Source: Pseudogymnoascus verrucosus
Taxonomy: Eukaryota
Length of the DNA: 64,000 bases
Direction: 5' to 3' (one strand)
Assembly: GCA_001662655.1 (NCBI GenBank)
Contig: KV460252.1
Position numbers and translations under genes: made by a program. Under the pieces are notes generated by a model. That model was not told the DNA's origin. It saw nothing but the letters and a program-made list of their open reading frames with translations, and made no database searches. This document shows positions 23,586 to 36,928 of this stretch, piece by piece. How positions within the stretch are numbered: position 1 is the first letter of the stretch; every line of letters begins with the position of its first letter.

Positions 23586-25915
23586 CTAATCAACCCACAC
23601 CCCCGCCCCCTCCCCAAACAACTCATCCACATCCCCCACCCCCCCTCCAAACCCCTCAAACTCCTTCCCCCCCACAAAACTCAACAGCGAATCCCCCTCC
23701 TGCGCACCCACCATCGGCAATCCCTCCCCAAACGCCTCGAGGAACATCTCATCCGCATCCTGCTGCCCCTGTCCACCAGGCATATCATAAAACGACAAAC
23801 TCGCGCTCGGCGACGACGCCTCAAACGTCGACGCGCACAGGTCAGGCGGCGAGCGCGCACTCAGCGTCGGGCTGGTAGCTGCGGCGGTGTGGTGGGAGTG
23901 ATGGGAGTAAGCCGGGCTTGCGGCATTCTGGATTGCTTGCGGGGAAATACACTGCGTTTCCGCCACCGCAGTGACGGGCTGCATCGCGTATTCCAACTCC
24001 AACTCAGCGTCCACACCAGCACCAATGAATGGATCAGCAGACGCATACGGACTATGCGCGTACTCAGCGAACGGAGGGGCATCGAGGACGTCGTAGTCCC
24101 CCTGCGGCGCGGGCGACAGGCCATACGAGCTCTCCGAGTACTCCGACGCCGAAGACGGCACATCGGATGACGGGTTACTCGCCGGAGCTGCCGCCGCGGC
24201 GTTCTTGTTCTTCGTCCGCGTGCGCTGCGCCTTGTCGACGCGCTCGTCGTGCTCGGGGCGGTGCTTGCGGGGTCGTCCGCGCTTAACAACTTTCTTGACT
24301 ACGCCCTCGAAGGCGCCAACGCACATCCCGCGCTGGCGATGGCGGGTCAGCGCATCGTGGCGCGCGAAGCTGTTTCCGCACGCGCAGGGGTACGGCTTGA
24401 CGCCGCTGTGGATCTTGGCGTGGCGCTTGAGGTCGTGCTGGCGAACGAAGCACTTGCGGCAGTGGGGGCACTGGAATTGGCGGTCCCCGAGATGGGTCTG
24501 CACGTGGGACTTGATGTTTTCCTTGCGTCCGAAGCGCTTGTTGCACGAGGGGAAGAGGCAGAGGTATTTCTGGTCGGTGGGGGAGGGGCCGGAGATGTAG
24601 CACGCGATGTCGTCGGTGGTGATGCCGGTTTCGGCGTGGGCTTCGTCGGCGTGGGCGCTGTCTTCGGAGAAGGAGCGGTGGTGGAGGGAGGAGGGCATGG
24701 GGGAGTTGGCTTGGCTGGAGAATTCCTCGAGTTCGGGGTATGAGCCATTGGGGGCATCGAGGTGTGGCTTGTTGTCGAAGGGGTCACGGTAGAGTGACCT
24801 TTGGGATAGTTCTGGTGATGAGGATTGGGAGTGGAAGTTCTGGGGAGGGTATTTCGAGTGGGTTGGTGATTGATAGGGTGACTCGTAACTCCTGGGCTCG
24901 GCCTTGACGTATGATGGCATGCCAATGAACGACGAGTTTGGCATTGGGCTGCTGCTAGGAGGGGACGGAGGGTCGTCCATCTCCGCTTGGATACGCATGT
25001 ATTGGAAATTCGAAATTGATTGGCGATTCCTGTGGTGGGTTGGCTTAATGGTGGCCTCCATGGAAGTGTCATGGTTGCCGGAGTATGCTTGTGGCATGTG
25101 TTCTACCTTTGCATGGCGAGCAAATGGTGTATGTGCTGGAGTGAGAGGAATGTAGTCTGCCACGCTGTTAGTAATGGAATACAAGATATGTGAATCAACA
25201 TACTCGGAGAATCATGATTAGGAGGCGTGATTGGCCTTGAAGATGACTGCCTAGCAGCTAAATCTTCATATTGTGCCACTCTATCGGCAATGCTGCCACT
25301 GATCCGACGGCCATGCGAAGACCTGTTGGGTCTGATAGTTGCGTTCCAACTTTCTTGCGCCTGCGAGCCGTCGAATGCCATTGAAAAGTCAACATATGCT
25401 GAAGGAGTGGTCTCCTCATCCTGGTAGAGTAGAGAGTCATTGCCGGCGAACTGGCCATTCCTGGCGTGCGCGTTCTCGTTGACTGTATTTATCGAATTGA
25501 TCGGTTCGGGGTATGCTGAATATGAAGCGCGTTTTCCTGAGACTCCATACGCATCGATACACCCGATATCAAAGCTTTTCCTTTGCGGTGTGACAAGAGG
25601 CGATATTAAGTAGTTCTCATCGTTTGTCGGGTTGAAAAAGCGTGTCGGTTGTTGGCCCTGGCGTGCCAGTCTGTGCTGCTGCGTTTCTTGCAATATATGC
25701 TGTTGGTTGTCGTATAATCCTTGGTTAGTGATACTTACTGTGTCCTGCGTTGGTGATTGGCGTCGTCGTTGATCCAGGCTCATGCCTCGTCGATGTGAGG
25801 CATTCTTCTGGTTTGTTGGCAGGGTTGGGACCTTCGGGGCGTCGTAAGCCGTTGGTGTCGATTGTTGTCGTCGGTGTTGTCGGTGTCGATGAAGGTTTTT
25901 TGGATTGGACAGCAT
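23586..25915 (-). CDS. ACE2: Ace2/Swi5-like C2H2 zinc-finger transcription factor
   Basis: Exons 25915-25204 and 25156-23586. Fingers CLFPSCNKRFGRKENIKSHVQTH, CPHCRKCFVRQHDLKRHAKIH and CACGNSFARHDALTRHRQRGMC. Confidence 0.88.
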
Positions 25916-26601
25916 TTGGAATGCAGTATGAGGTCGGAATAAATTGTGTCGTTGAAAGTATAGCAGTTAAGCTAACCTATGGTTCCGAGGACTGTTCCAT
26001 TTGTTAGATATGAGCATACTAATCAAACAGTTCACAGTTCATATATACCTCCGCAGCGCAAGCCGTAAGGCCAGGCGTGTTAAGATTGAAGATCTATCAG
26101 CTCTTGTCGGACTCTGGATGAGCCTTTGGTAGTTTGGGTGGCCTTGTTGGCCCTAGGATGGAGGAGGAGAGGTTTGAGAGATGAGGTTTTGCGCAGATGA
26201 GGATTGAAGCTTTTGTATGGATTCAATTGGATGTGAAGTAAAGATGTATTGTAGATGTGTAGAGGTATAGAGGATCCTTTGAAGGGATTTTAGTAGAATG
26301 ATCTTCTCAGGTTGTGGTTTCTTGGGATCTCCAAGGCAGATGACGCTATGTGATAGCTCGCATAAACAGAGATGGTCGTTGCCGGGCAACGGATAATCCT
26401 AAATTCGGAATGACCAGGGTTGGTTGGCCAAGCTTCCGAGTTTGGACTAATCGATTAATCGGGATCGGAATCAACACCAACAGAAACCCTTACACCAGTC
26501 ATCGCAGGCCACACATTTATTCTCAGCGCGTAAAAGGTTGATTAAGTTGAACCCTTGCTTGCATATTCACGCGTCGCTGCAGAACCTCATTCATACCGAG
26601 T

Positions 26602-28740
26602 ATGTCGTCTACCACTGGTACGATGCGGGGGACTCCCTCGAGGAGTGGAGCTGCTCGAGGAGCCATGCCTCAGTTTACAAACAGTCCTTCCTCCGGAATC
26701 CCGAGACCCCTAGAGAACCATGGCAGCTCAACCCTTCAGAGCGAGGCTGGAGGCTCTTCAGTGAGCACCAGCAGGCAGAAGCAGTCGAAGAGAGATGAGG
26801 TTTGTTTACTCTCCGTCCTTATCGCAGCCGCTGCCAGAACCCCCCTTTAACGTTTGATTAGGCTATCCGAAGAAAAATCGAGACCGACCTCAGCAAGAAG
26901 ACGAAGACCACCGGCCGTGCGAGACAATCGAAGAGAGCTCCCCCGGGAACTGTCATGGCCCTGAGGCCCAGCCAGGCCCTTCAAATCAAGCCAAATACAA
27001 CTGTTGCCGAGGCTGCTCAATTGATGGCGGCAAAGAGAGAGGACTGCGTACTGGTCACCGATGATGATGACCGCATTGCCGGTATCTTCACTGCAAAGGA
27101 TCTTGCATACAGGGTTGTTGCAGCTGGTATCAAAGCCAACAACATCACAATCGCTGAGATCATGACCAAGAACCCGCTCTGTGCCCGCACCGACACAAGC
27201 GCAACCGACGCCCTCGACCTCATGGTCCGCAAGGGATTCCGCCACTTGCCAGTTATGGATGAGAACCAGGACATCTCTGGTATCTTGGATATCACCAAGT
27301 GCTTCTACGATGCTATGGAGAAATTGGAGAGGGCATATAGCTCTTCCCGCAAGCTTTACGACGCTTTGGAAGGTGTTCAATCTGAGCTTGGGTCCAGCCA
27401 GCCGCAACAAATCATACAATACGTTGAGGCTCTACGCTTGAAGATGTCTGGGCCGACCCTAGAGTCTGTCCTGGATGGCCGCCCTCCGACTACCGTCTCC
27501 GTCCGCACTTCCGTGAAGGAGGCGGCCATGTTGATGAAGGAGAACCATACCACAGCCGTCTTGGTCCAGGACCAGGGTGCCATCACCGGTATCTTCACAA
27601 GCAAGGATGTCGTCCTTCGTGTCATTGCTCCTGGAATGGACCCCGCCAACTGCAGCGTCGTCAGAGTGATGACTCCTCACCCGGATTTCGCTCCGATGGA
27701 GATGACCATCCAAGCTGCATTGAGGAAGATGCATGGTATGTACGATCCAGGTGTAAACTGATAGTTGCTAATAGACGATAGATGGTCACTACTTGAACCT
27801 GCCAGTCATGAACGATGGCGGCGAAATCGTTGGAATGGTTGACGTCTTGAAGCTTACATACGCCACATTGGAGCAGATCAACACCATCTCTACAGGAGAC
27901 AGCGAAGGCCCTGCCTGGAACAAGTTCTGGTTATCGTTGGATAATGATACGGAATCTATGATGTCAGGAGAGGGCAGCCATCACCAGGTTGCTAGCAGGT
28001 CTCTCATGTCCCCGGACCACTCGAAGCACGGTGGAATGATGGATACCAGCGTTGCCCCTGGCGATTCTGCATCCCACACCGGAGCCGAGTCTCCTGTTAG
28101 GCACCTGGAGGAGCCTGCAATTCCGGTCGAGGATATTCCATTCCCGTTCAAGTTCAAGGCACCAAGTGGCCGTGTCCACAGGCTTCACATCACTGCGTCC
28201 AACGGCTTGGCAGAGCTGATCGCCCTGGTCACAGCTAAACTGGGTGCTGAGGTTGAGGCTGTTGGAGGAGCAGCGACTTTTGAGGATGACAAATTGGGGG
28301 CTTCTGGCTTTGCACTGAGCTACCTTGACGATGAGGGAGACACTGTTTCCATCACCACTGACCACGATCTCAAGGAGGCCATTGTCATCGCCAGACAAGG
28401 CGGACGCGACAAGGTTGACTTGTTTGTTCACGATCCCGAGAAGCCAGCCATCACGGTTACTGTCGAACCAGTCCCTGTCATCGCTGAACTACCCACACCA
28501 CCAATGTCAACTGTCCGCAGGAGACGCGAGCGCGTCATCTCGGAAGAAGACGAGGAGGAGAGCGACGAAGAGGACCATCACCGCCTTCACTCGCGCAGCC
28601 GGAGACAACAACCGGTTATGCAGGAGGCCCCTCAGATCATCGCCGGTGTACCGAATGATCTGTTGCTGCCGGGTGCGATTGTTACTCTTGCAGTTGCCAT
28701 CATTGGTGTTTTCGCGATCACCAAGGCGACCAGCAGGTAA
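26602..28740 (+). CDS. Protein with four CBS domains, a PB1 domain and a C-terminal TM anchor (S. pombe Mug70-like)
   Basis: Introns 26800-26861 and 27736-27781. GIFTAKD/GIFTSKD CBS pairs, PB1 acidic motif LSYLDDEGDTVSITTDHDL, hydrophobic tail. Confidence 0.88.
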
Positions 28741-29068
28741 TAGTAAGGAGAGATGTTTAGATTTCAGCGGTATTTTTACGCCTTCATGATGTACCTAGCG
28801 TTAGCAGTAATGATGCGGGCTTTGTAGTGGCCCAATCCATAATTTTTTCGGAGCTTCAATAAATAGATTGTACCAAATAATTTGAATAGTTCGCGCTGTT
28901 GTGGTGTTGTATGCTCCTGTTGTCGGTCGTATACTCGTATACCGTGGTCACGGATCAAGCTTCGTGCGCTAAACCGCTTCAAGACTAGCCTAATATTGCA
29001 TCCTCGAAATCTCAAAAGTCGCTCCGACGACGACAACCAAACTCCCCAGAACCATCAAGCCCACCACA

Positions 29069-30197
29069 ATGATAATACGGAATGTAGTCTCACGGCATGG
29101 TACGCACCACCCCCCCTCACCCCCCTCCCACTCAATTGACCGTCCTAACCCCCCTCCCTCCAGGCCGCCGCGCCCTCACCACCTCTCTTCGCACCCTCAC
29201 CACCACCACCGCACCACCCCCTCAAACCAACCTCACCCCCGACTCCGTGAACCCAACCGCCGGCGCAGACTTCAAGGCCATGAACCACATCAAGCGCGCT
29301 ACCGGCTCCCTCGGCTCAGACATCGCACCCTTCTACCAGCCCCACCGCGCCATCACCGCCCCCCTCGGCCCTAACGACATCACCCTCCCCCTACTCCTCG
29401 CATCGCAGTCCCACATGGGCCACGCGACCGCGCTGTGGCATCCAGGGAACCAGATGTACATCCACGGTATCCGCGCGGGGATCCACATCATCTCCCTCGA
29501 AGCCACGGCGGTCCACCTCCGCCGCGCAGCAAAGGTAGTAGAAGGCGTAGCCTACCACGGCGGCACGATCCTGTTCGTCGGCACGCGCAAGGGCCAGCAG
29601 CGCGCTGTTGTCGGCGCGGCTAAGCTCGCGGGCGGATGCCATGTCTTCGATCGCTGGATTCCGGGGAGCTTGACGAATGGGGATCAGATCCTGGGGAGGG
29701 CGGGGATTAAGGTCGTCGATGAGAGGGATCAGGTTATTGATAATGCGACGGTTCGGAAGCAGTTGGAGGATCATAGGGCGGTGAAGCCGGATCTGGTGGT
29801 GGTGCTGAATCCGTTGGAGAATTATATCTGTTTGCATGAGTGTGGGCTCGCGGGGGTGCCGACTATTGGGATCGTTGATACGGATGTTAACCCGACTTGG
29901 GTTACGTATCCTATCCCGGCGAATGATGACTCGTGAGTTCCCCCCTGGTCCCCCATTTGATCTACCGTCATGGTGTAGAGATAGATTTGCTAACTTAATC
30001 CATCCAGACTCCGCTGCACGCACCTCATCGCCGGTGTCCTCGGACGCGCCGGCCAGATGGGACAGAAGAAGCGCGCTGAGGACGCGAAGAACGGGAAGGT
30101 GCCCTGGGAGACTGCGGAGTACCTGTCGGACTGGATGGCGGAGGAGGCGGAGGCTCAGGCTGAGGCGAAGAAGGGTCCTGTTGAGAAGCAAGAGTAG
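29069..30197 (+). CDS. MRP4: Mitochondrial ribosomal protein uS2m
   Basis: Introns 29100-29163 and 29933-30007. S2 motifs SHMGH..WHP, ILFVGTR, RWIPGSLTN and PTIGIVDTD...YPIPANDDS. Confidence 0.9.
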
Positions 30198-30605
30198 GGG
30201 CTGGGGGGAGGGAAGGGGGGAGGGGGATAGTGTATTGTAAGATTTGTATGAATTAAGTGTTGGCATAGCATAGCATATAGGGCTGGAAGGCGTGGTATCT
30301 ATCTACTGTATAACTCAGCATCCGTTTAAAGCCCAGTGATCCGTAAGCCACACCCTACACAGAAGTGCCTTTCAAGACCATCTGTGGCCAAGTCGACCTA
30401 CGAGCCCACACCACAAACCACCCATCGTCACAACCTCATAAAAGCACACAGATTCCATAAAATTAGTAAATTTACTACCACATCTGGCTCGCCGCTATGC
30501 TTAAACCCATATAAACCACCCTTCCCCCTCCCCGGCGACAACCCGCACCAGCATCTCCATTCATGGTATCAACCTCCCCTCCACGCGTAAATCTTTACTA
30601 CCCAA

Positions 30606-33600
30606 CTAGCTAAACGCCGACCTGGCAATCAACTGCGCCTCCGGTGCCAATTGCGCTGTCAACACATTCAAATCCTGCCCCGTGATCTGGAGCAGGTTCT
30701 TCGTCGACGTCACGACCTTGACTGCGATTTGGCCTTGCAGGGTCTTAGCCTCGAGGGCGAGAACGACGGCTGCGAAGACCTTCTGGGGTTGCGTGAGGAC
30801 AGCGGGGTGTTGTCTGTTGGTATGGTTAGCTGGTGCTCCTTCCATCCTGGCCAAAATGGGCAAATGTTATAATGGAGGAGTGTACTCACCGATCAATAAG
30901 CTCCGACAAATACAAATACGCATACGGCGCCGCCTCCTCATCATTAACCACCGGCAGCGTATCCACCCACCTCCTGCTCGTCTCATCCGGCTCCCTCACC
31001 TGCGTCGCGTTATAATGCAAAATCTTCGCAATAGCCGCACACGCATTCTCAGTCACGAACACGTTATCCTCATCCCTCGCATCCGGCACCGCACACAACG
31101 CAAACAGCGTATCCACCGCCGCGCCAAGGAAGCCCGCCCACACAACCCCGCCCTTATGCGCCGCCATCCCGACACCATACGCAGCAGCCTGGCGATTCGC
31201 GGGCGCAGCGTCGCGGCACCCGGTGATGAGAGGCTCGATGATGAAGGCGTTGTACTCCCAGCTCCTCTCGCCGCAGAATTCCAGCACGTCATCCATGATG
31301 CACAGCCCCCACTGTCGCTGCGTCGGGTCGCCGTTCTTGAGGAAGGCGTCGTAGGTGGCGCTGAGGCGGCCCCAGGCGGGCAGGAAATCAACACCGTGGT
31401 TCTTGAAGATGCAGTGGAAGGCCTTGTTCATCTCGGCGAGCAGGGCCTGGTCGTCCTCGATGGCGTAGAGGATGTCGTCGTCCTCCTCCTCGCCCTCCTC
31501 GCGGTTGTTCTCCTCGGCTTCCTCGGCGCGCTCCTTGACGCGCTCTTTGTAGTCCTCGAGCGCGGACTGGGCCGCGGAGATGAAGGCGTCCATTTGCTTA
31601 CCAGAGAGGCAGTTCTTGCCCATCACCTCGACGGATTCGTAGAAGGAGTGGTACATCTCGGCGAGGGTCTCGATGGCGGGCTCAGCGGTGAGGACCTCGA
31701 GGATCTTCTCGAGCGTGGGCTCCCAGAGGCTGATCAGCTCGTTGGAAGGGATTCCGTAAGCCTTCTTGTACGAGTTGATCAGCTGCGGCACGAGCTTGGC
31801 GGAGATGACGCGGACGGGGTCGTGGAAGAAGAATGCAAGGCCTGGGACGGCGATGTTCTGCATGATATCCGGAACGTATGGTGCAAAGTCGGCCTCCAGG
31901 ACTTGCGCGTAGACAACAAGTAGCTCAATAGCAATGTTCTTCTCGTCCAGAGTGCTCGTCTTGATACCGATGATCTTGCCCTTGAGAGGCACCAACTCCC
32001 ATCCCTCCTCTTGCTGGATAGCCTCGGCCTGCTCCTCGTCGTCCAAGAGCTGGATATCAGCCTTGGCCTTAGCAATCTCGAGAAGCGGTGGCATGACGCT
32101 TGGTAGGAAAGGAATGAAATCCTTCTCCAGCACTCGGCACATGCGTCCCCAGCAGTGCATGAGGTATTGTGCTTGCGGGTCGTCGGCATCAGTGATGCTT
32201 CCCTGGATCGAAGCGAGGAGCTGCACCAGAGTCATGGCATCATCGCGGAGACGCTCCTTTCCAACAGCCAAAGCAATCAGAGTAGCGCACTCCATAGCCT
32301 TAGCACGCAGCAGGCGGAGCTCCTTGGTGTTCTCTTGTCGCAGAACAGTAAACAGCAATGGCATAAGGGTATCATAGTACTTGGAGAAGGCAGCCTCAGC
32401 CGAATCGGCAACTGTCGCAATAGTTGATAGAGCTTGTTCCTGGACGTATCGCTTTGGGCTTTGGAGGATCTGGAAAAGGAGGCTCAAGAGACCATCTAGA
32501 TATGGCTCCAATACCTCCTTTTGAGCGGCTTCGCAGAAGTTAACCAGGGCCGCGGCAGCGTGGGCCTGGACGCGGGGTTCAGCAGACTCGAGAACCGGAA
32601 TGATGGCTGGAAGCACGATCTGGTGGTAGTTCTCCTGCATGGTGCCGGCGAAATCAGTGCTCATCTGGCCGAGGGCGTTGCAACCTGCCCATCGTACACG
32701 TGGGTGAGGATCGCGCAGCGCCGGGACGACCAATTCGAGGACCTTGTCCAGCTCTCCGACCATCAGATCACGGCAGCCTTCTGAGATGGCTGAGATGGCC
32801 ATCAGAGCGGCGTGCCTGTCTCTCCATGCGTTGGAGGTCATCATGCGTGGTAGCCAGCCGAATGTGGGTGCCAGAATAGTCTGTCCGCCAAGTCTGTTCG
32901 CCAATCTATCCATACAGTGTTCACCGGCAACATGGTTCATGTCGCTCTCCTCAGGCTCCATATCCTCGGAGTCGTTCCACTCAGCTGCATCGTCATCGTC
33001 GACGCCAATGTCAGTCATCAGACTCAAACATTGGGTAATCATATCAGCAGTGAACGAAGGATCCTTTCGGCACATCCCAGGCGCGTAGTCGGCGAATGTG
33101 GCCATGAGCTCCAGAGAGTTTTGCCTCGCCTGGTCGCTGAGCTCCTTGTCCTGAATGACTGATATGCTGAAAGCGACGAGGTTGCGGAAGAGCGGCTTGA
33201 ACATTTTCGGGGCAACCTCTGCAAGGTCGATGAGCGCAGTCAGGGCCCTTGTCAGGTCCTCGGAATCCTGCGACTCCTTGATCGGTGGGAGGATGTTCAG
33301 GACCTCTGGGATCAGTGCGTAGTACTTGACTTGCGCCTTCTTGCTAATTGTGCGGAAAAACGAGGCGAAAGCCTCCATGGCCGATAATCGGACATTGACG
33401 TTGACATCCTTGAAGCCCTTTGCAAAAGCCGACAGCACGGTGTCCTCATGCTGCTTCTCAATTATACCGGGGGTGGTCGCGAAGATCCTGTAGGCATTTT
33501 CCCTTTGTCCTTCGTCTTTGGAGTTGCTAAGCGTAAACAACACACCGAGTAATTCGGGCCATTGTTGACCTGTATTGTCAGGGCCACTATCAGTAAAAAC

Positions 33601-34096
33601 CAAGGGGTGCGCTCGTACCGTTATCTGAGTATTCTCTCGCCAACTCCGCGACAGCATCGCCGACCTTGTTCCGCACAGTGTTGACGGTCTCGTTGGCGAG
33701 CGCCTCGAGCAGCTTCTCGCGGATCGCATAAGCCTGCTCTTGTGATATAGATAGGAACAGCTCGATCTGGTCTCCGCTCGCGGCCTTGCGAGTCTTTGAA
33801 GCTATGCGACGGAAGATAACTGAAGCAAATGAGCGCGTCTAAAATCCCCAACATTAGCCAACTGTAAGCGCCGACGGAGATCACCATCCCACGGGGTCCT
33901 GCATGCATACCGTGGTGTCGGTGGAGCCATGGATCTGCTCCACCAGGCCCATCAAAAGGACCTCTGGCTGGGTGTTTGTCCAGTTGTTGGCAAGGTGTTC
34001 TTCGGCCTGGGAGCGGATGTTGTTGTCGCCTGACTGCAGGGCCAGCAGCAGCTGCGAGAGCTCGGTATGAACCTGAGGTGACAGGACCGACGACAT
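30606..34096 (-). CDS. KAP121: Importin beta-3 / karyopherin Kap121 (Pse1)
   Basis: Exons 34096-33911, 33838-33619, 33569-30890 and 30813-30606. HEAT repeats with WRDRHAALMAISAISEGC, HPRVRWAGCNALGQMSTDF and RLLRAKAMECATLIALAVGK. Confidence 0.92.
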
Positions 34097-35445
34097 TCTC
34101 GCGGGTCTCTTTTGTTCTCCTCTCTACCAGTAATGGCTGCACCGGATGGTTTGGATGGACCCTGATCGATCGCCTTTCTCTCTTTCTTGTTTGTTGAGGG
34201 TTGTTGGAGGGGCTAAGAGCGCGAAAGTGTCAATGGCGCGTATAACCAAGGGGGACTGTACGGCCTTTTTGTTCGTACTGGGGGTGAACCCACGGTGACA
34301 GTGACCAAAGAAAGGACGTATGTAGTTGTTTGTTTGTTTCCAAGGAGGTCAAGAGAACCTAGAGGAATAAAAGATATAGTATGTATATGGCGACACAGGT
34401 ATGACAGTGATTTTATAGAACAGGAGAAGAGACAAATAGAAGGAGAATGGTGGTGATGGTCGTCGTCATGTCGACCTTTTGTGGTAGTGGGGTTGTTGCA
34501 CACAACAGATACAAAAGTTGCCATACAAATTTTGGGAGGGAGCGGGGAGGGATGACAGGCCAATCAGAGGGCGTTATCGGGTTGGATATTCTTCAATATT
34601 CTGTATTTCTCTGGCAAAGTACGACATTTCGGTGCAGCCAGGCACGGCGACGCTGCCCGAATGCATGAAATGCGACGGTACAAGGGGAGATTTTATTTAT
34701 TTTAATTTATTTTAATGGGCTGAATGGACGGATGGTAGTTGAGATGTCTGTGTCTAGAGGAGTTCTAGAGCCGGTGACTAGATATGGCGGGTTAACTGTG
34801 TAAACTGTGTATAAACGGTGAATATATGTAAATAATCTAGGCTCTCAGTAGCATCTTATCCCATCTTACAAGCTTGTATTTATTTATTCAAATATTCACA
34901 TAAATCATCACATGAAATATAATTAAAATACAAAATTCACCAAATAAATACAATAAAATACTTAATTTAATTGAATTTTGTACAGTTACAGTACAATGCA
35001 AGTTGCTGTGTTACCCCTCAACTGGCGGCCTGACGGCCTTATTGCCTGGTTAAATGGGCATCAACACATACCCGAGAGAGGGTTCCTGCCGCGGAACGGA
35101 GAAAGGCACGGGCCACCCGCCTATACAGTATAAAGCCCTCCTCTTCCTCATTTGATAGACATGAATCGTTAAACCGACTCTGTTGACTCTGCATGAATGT
35201 TCTATGCACGTCTAGATATTGAATTTCTACGTCTTGAATGTCTAGTCGTGAATTTCTAGAGCTTGTATGTCTAGACATTGCATATATAGATCTTTGTCGT
35301 CAGCCACCAGTAATGGAACATGGCCGCAATCGAAACCAGGTATAGTATCTAATTACACAGCTAAGTCCATCTCTCAGAACACTATCATCGTATCCTTTCC
35401 TCTCCTCTCCTCTCTTCCTCGACAAGCTACTCCAATCTACTCAAC

Positions 35446-36416
35446 CTACTTCAACCACCTCGCCAACTCCTTCTCAGTCCACTCCCACAGCCTCCCCGCC
35501 ATTTCAGGGTCCTTGCTACTCGCGTTCTCATATGTCGACAGCTTGCCAACTGGCTCATAGAAAGCACCAGCCTTGATCGATTCCCGCGGCACACTCAACG
35601 CCCACAAATGGCAGTAACTACCCTGCTCCGGCGTCCTGATCCTCCCAAGCTGCGTCACATACACAAACGCCCTATCGAACAAACTTAGATCCGTCACCAG
35701 CGTCGTCCCCACAACCCCCGGTGACAAACTAAAGCACAACAGCTTCGGATACCGCTTAGCCAGCTCCCGCGCATACAACATATTTGCCAGCTTAGTATCA
35801 CAGTATCTCTGCCAGCGACCCATCACAGGCCGTGTATCCTTTATCGTCTTCAGCGGTTCAAACTCCATTACTCCACCATGCCACCCCGTACTCGATGTGA
35901 TAATCACCCTCACATCCGCCCCTGGCAGTTCCGCCGTCTTCTCGAGAAGCGGCAGCAATCGCCGCGTCATCAGCGCGTGCCCGACATGGTTCGTTGCGAA
36001 CTGCACCTCGTATCCATCCTCGGACAGTCCCGGCGGCTGTGCCATGATCCCGGCATTGGCGAGGAAGACGTCCAGACGCGGACAGGTCGCGATGATCTTG
36101 TCAGCGGCGGCATTGACGGAAGTGAGGCTTGCAAGATCGCACGGAATGAAGGTTATGTTGGCGCGTGGAGAGAGTTCCTTGGCACGCTTTATGGTGGTAG
36201 CGGCAGATGTGGCGTTGCGGCCGGTGAAGATGATGTGGCCTGGGTTGTGCTTGGCTAGTTCGACGACGATTTCAACTCCGATGCCGCCAGTTCCTATGCG
36301 TAGCGTGTTAATGATTGTGTGAATGGTATAGAGAAGGAGAGCAACGTACCTCCTGTCAAGAGGATGACCCGGCCAGCGAGGTCTGGGATAGTGCTCTTGT
36401 CAAAGTCGTTGAACAT
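35446..36416 (-). CDS. Short-chain dehydrogenase/reductase (retinol-DH/WWOX-like)
   Basis: Intron at about 36349-36293. TGGTGGIG, NAGIM, FATNHVGH and catalytic YCDTK. Confidence 0.88.
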
Positions 36417-36928
36417 GATTGCTACTGCGACCTTTGTCTTTGTTTGGGGGTGTATGGTCTTATACTTCCACGGGAAAGACAAGGTTTTATAGACTTTGGA
36501 TCTTCTGTCTGTTAGGCTCCTGTGCTCCTGTGCTCCTGTGCTCATCGCCAGCTTAATAGGACTTCTTAACTCCGCGATTCTAGTATCATTATGAGATATC
36601 TGGAGGAATCGACCTGACCAATGATCGTTCGTGGTTTAAGAGCAGACCAATGATATCGCTCATCACACACGCTAGCTAGGATTAGTATTGGGGCTGATCT
36701 GGCAGATGGCCGATGACGCTAGTCCCCGGGCGAGAAGCTTAGACAACATTGATATTTCGAGGATGCCACTCTTAAAATACTCTACCCACTAACAATGCAG
36801 AGTTTACGAGCGAGCAAATCCTCGCATCGATGCTCATCACCATCTCCTCCCCTGCTTCCGCCTTATAACTGCATCTAACTCCCTGCTATCACCAATATCT
36901 CCTATCTCCATCCCTTCCTCCCGCAGTT

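Noticed and set aside
30682..31923. 413-aa plus-strand ORF
   Set aside because: It is the antisense shadow of KAP121 and has no recognisable motifs.
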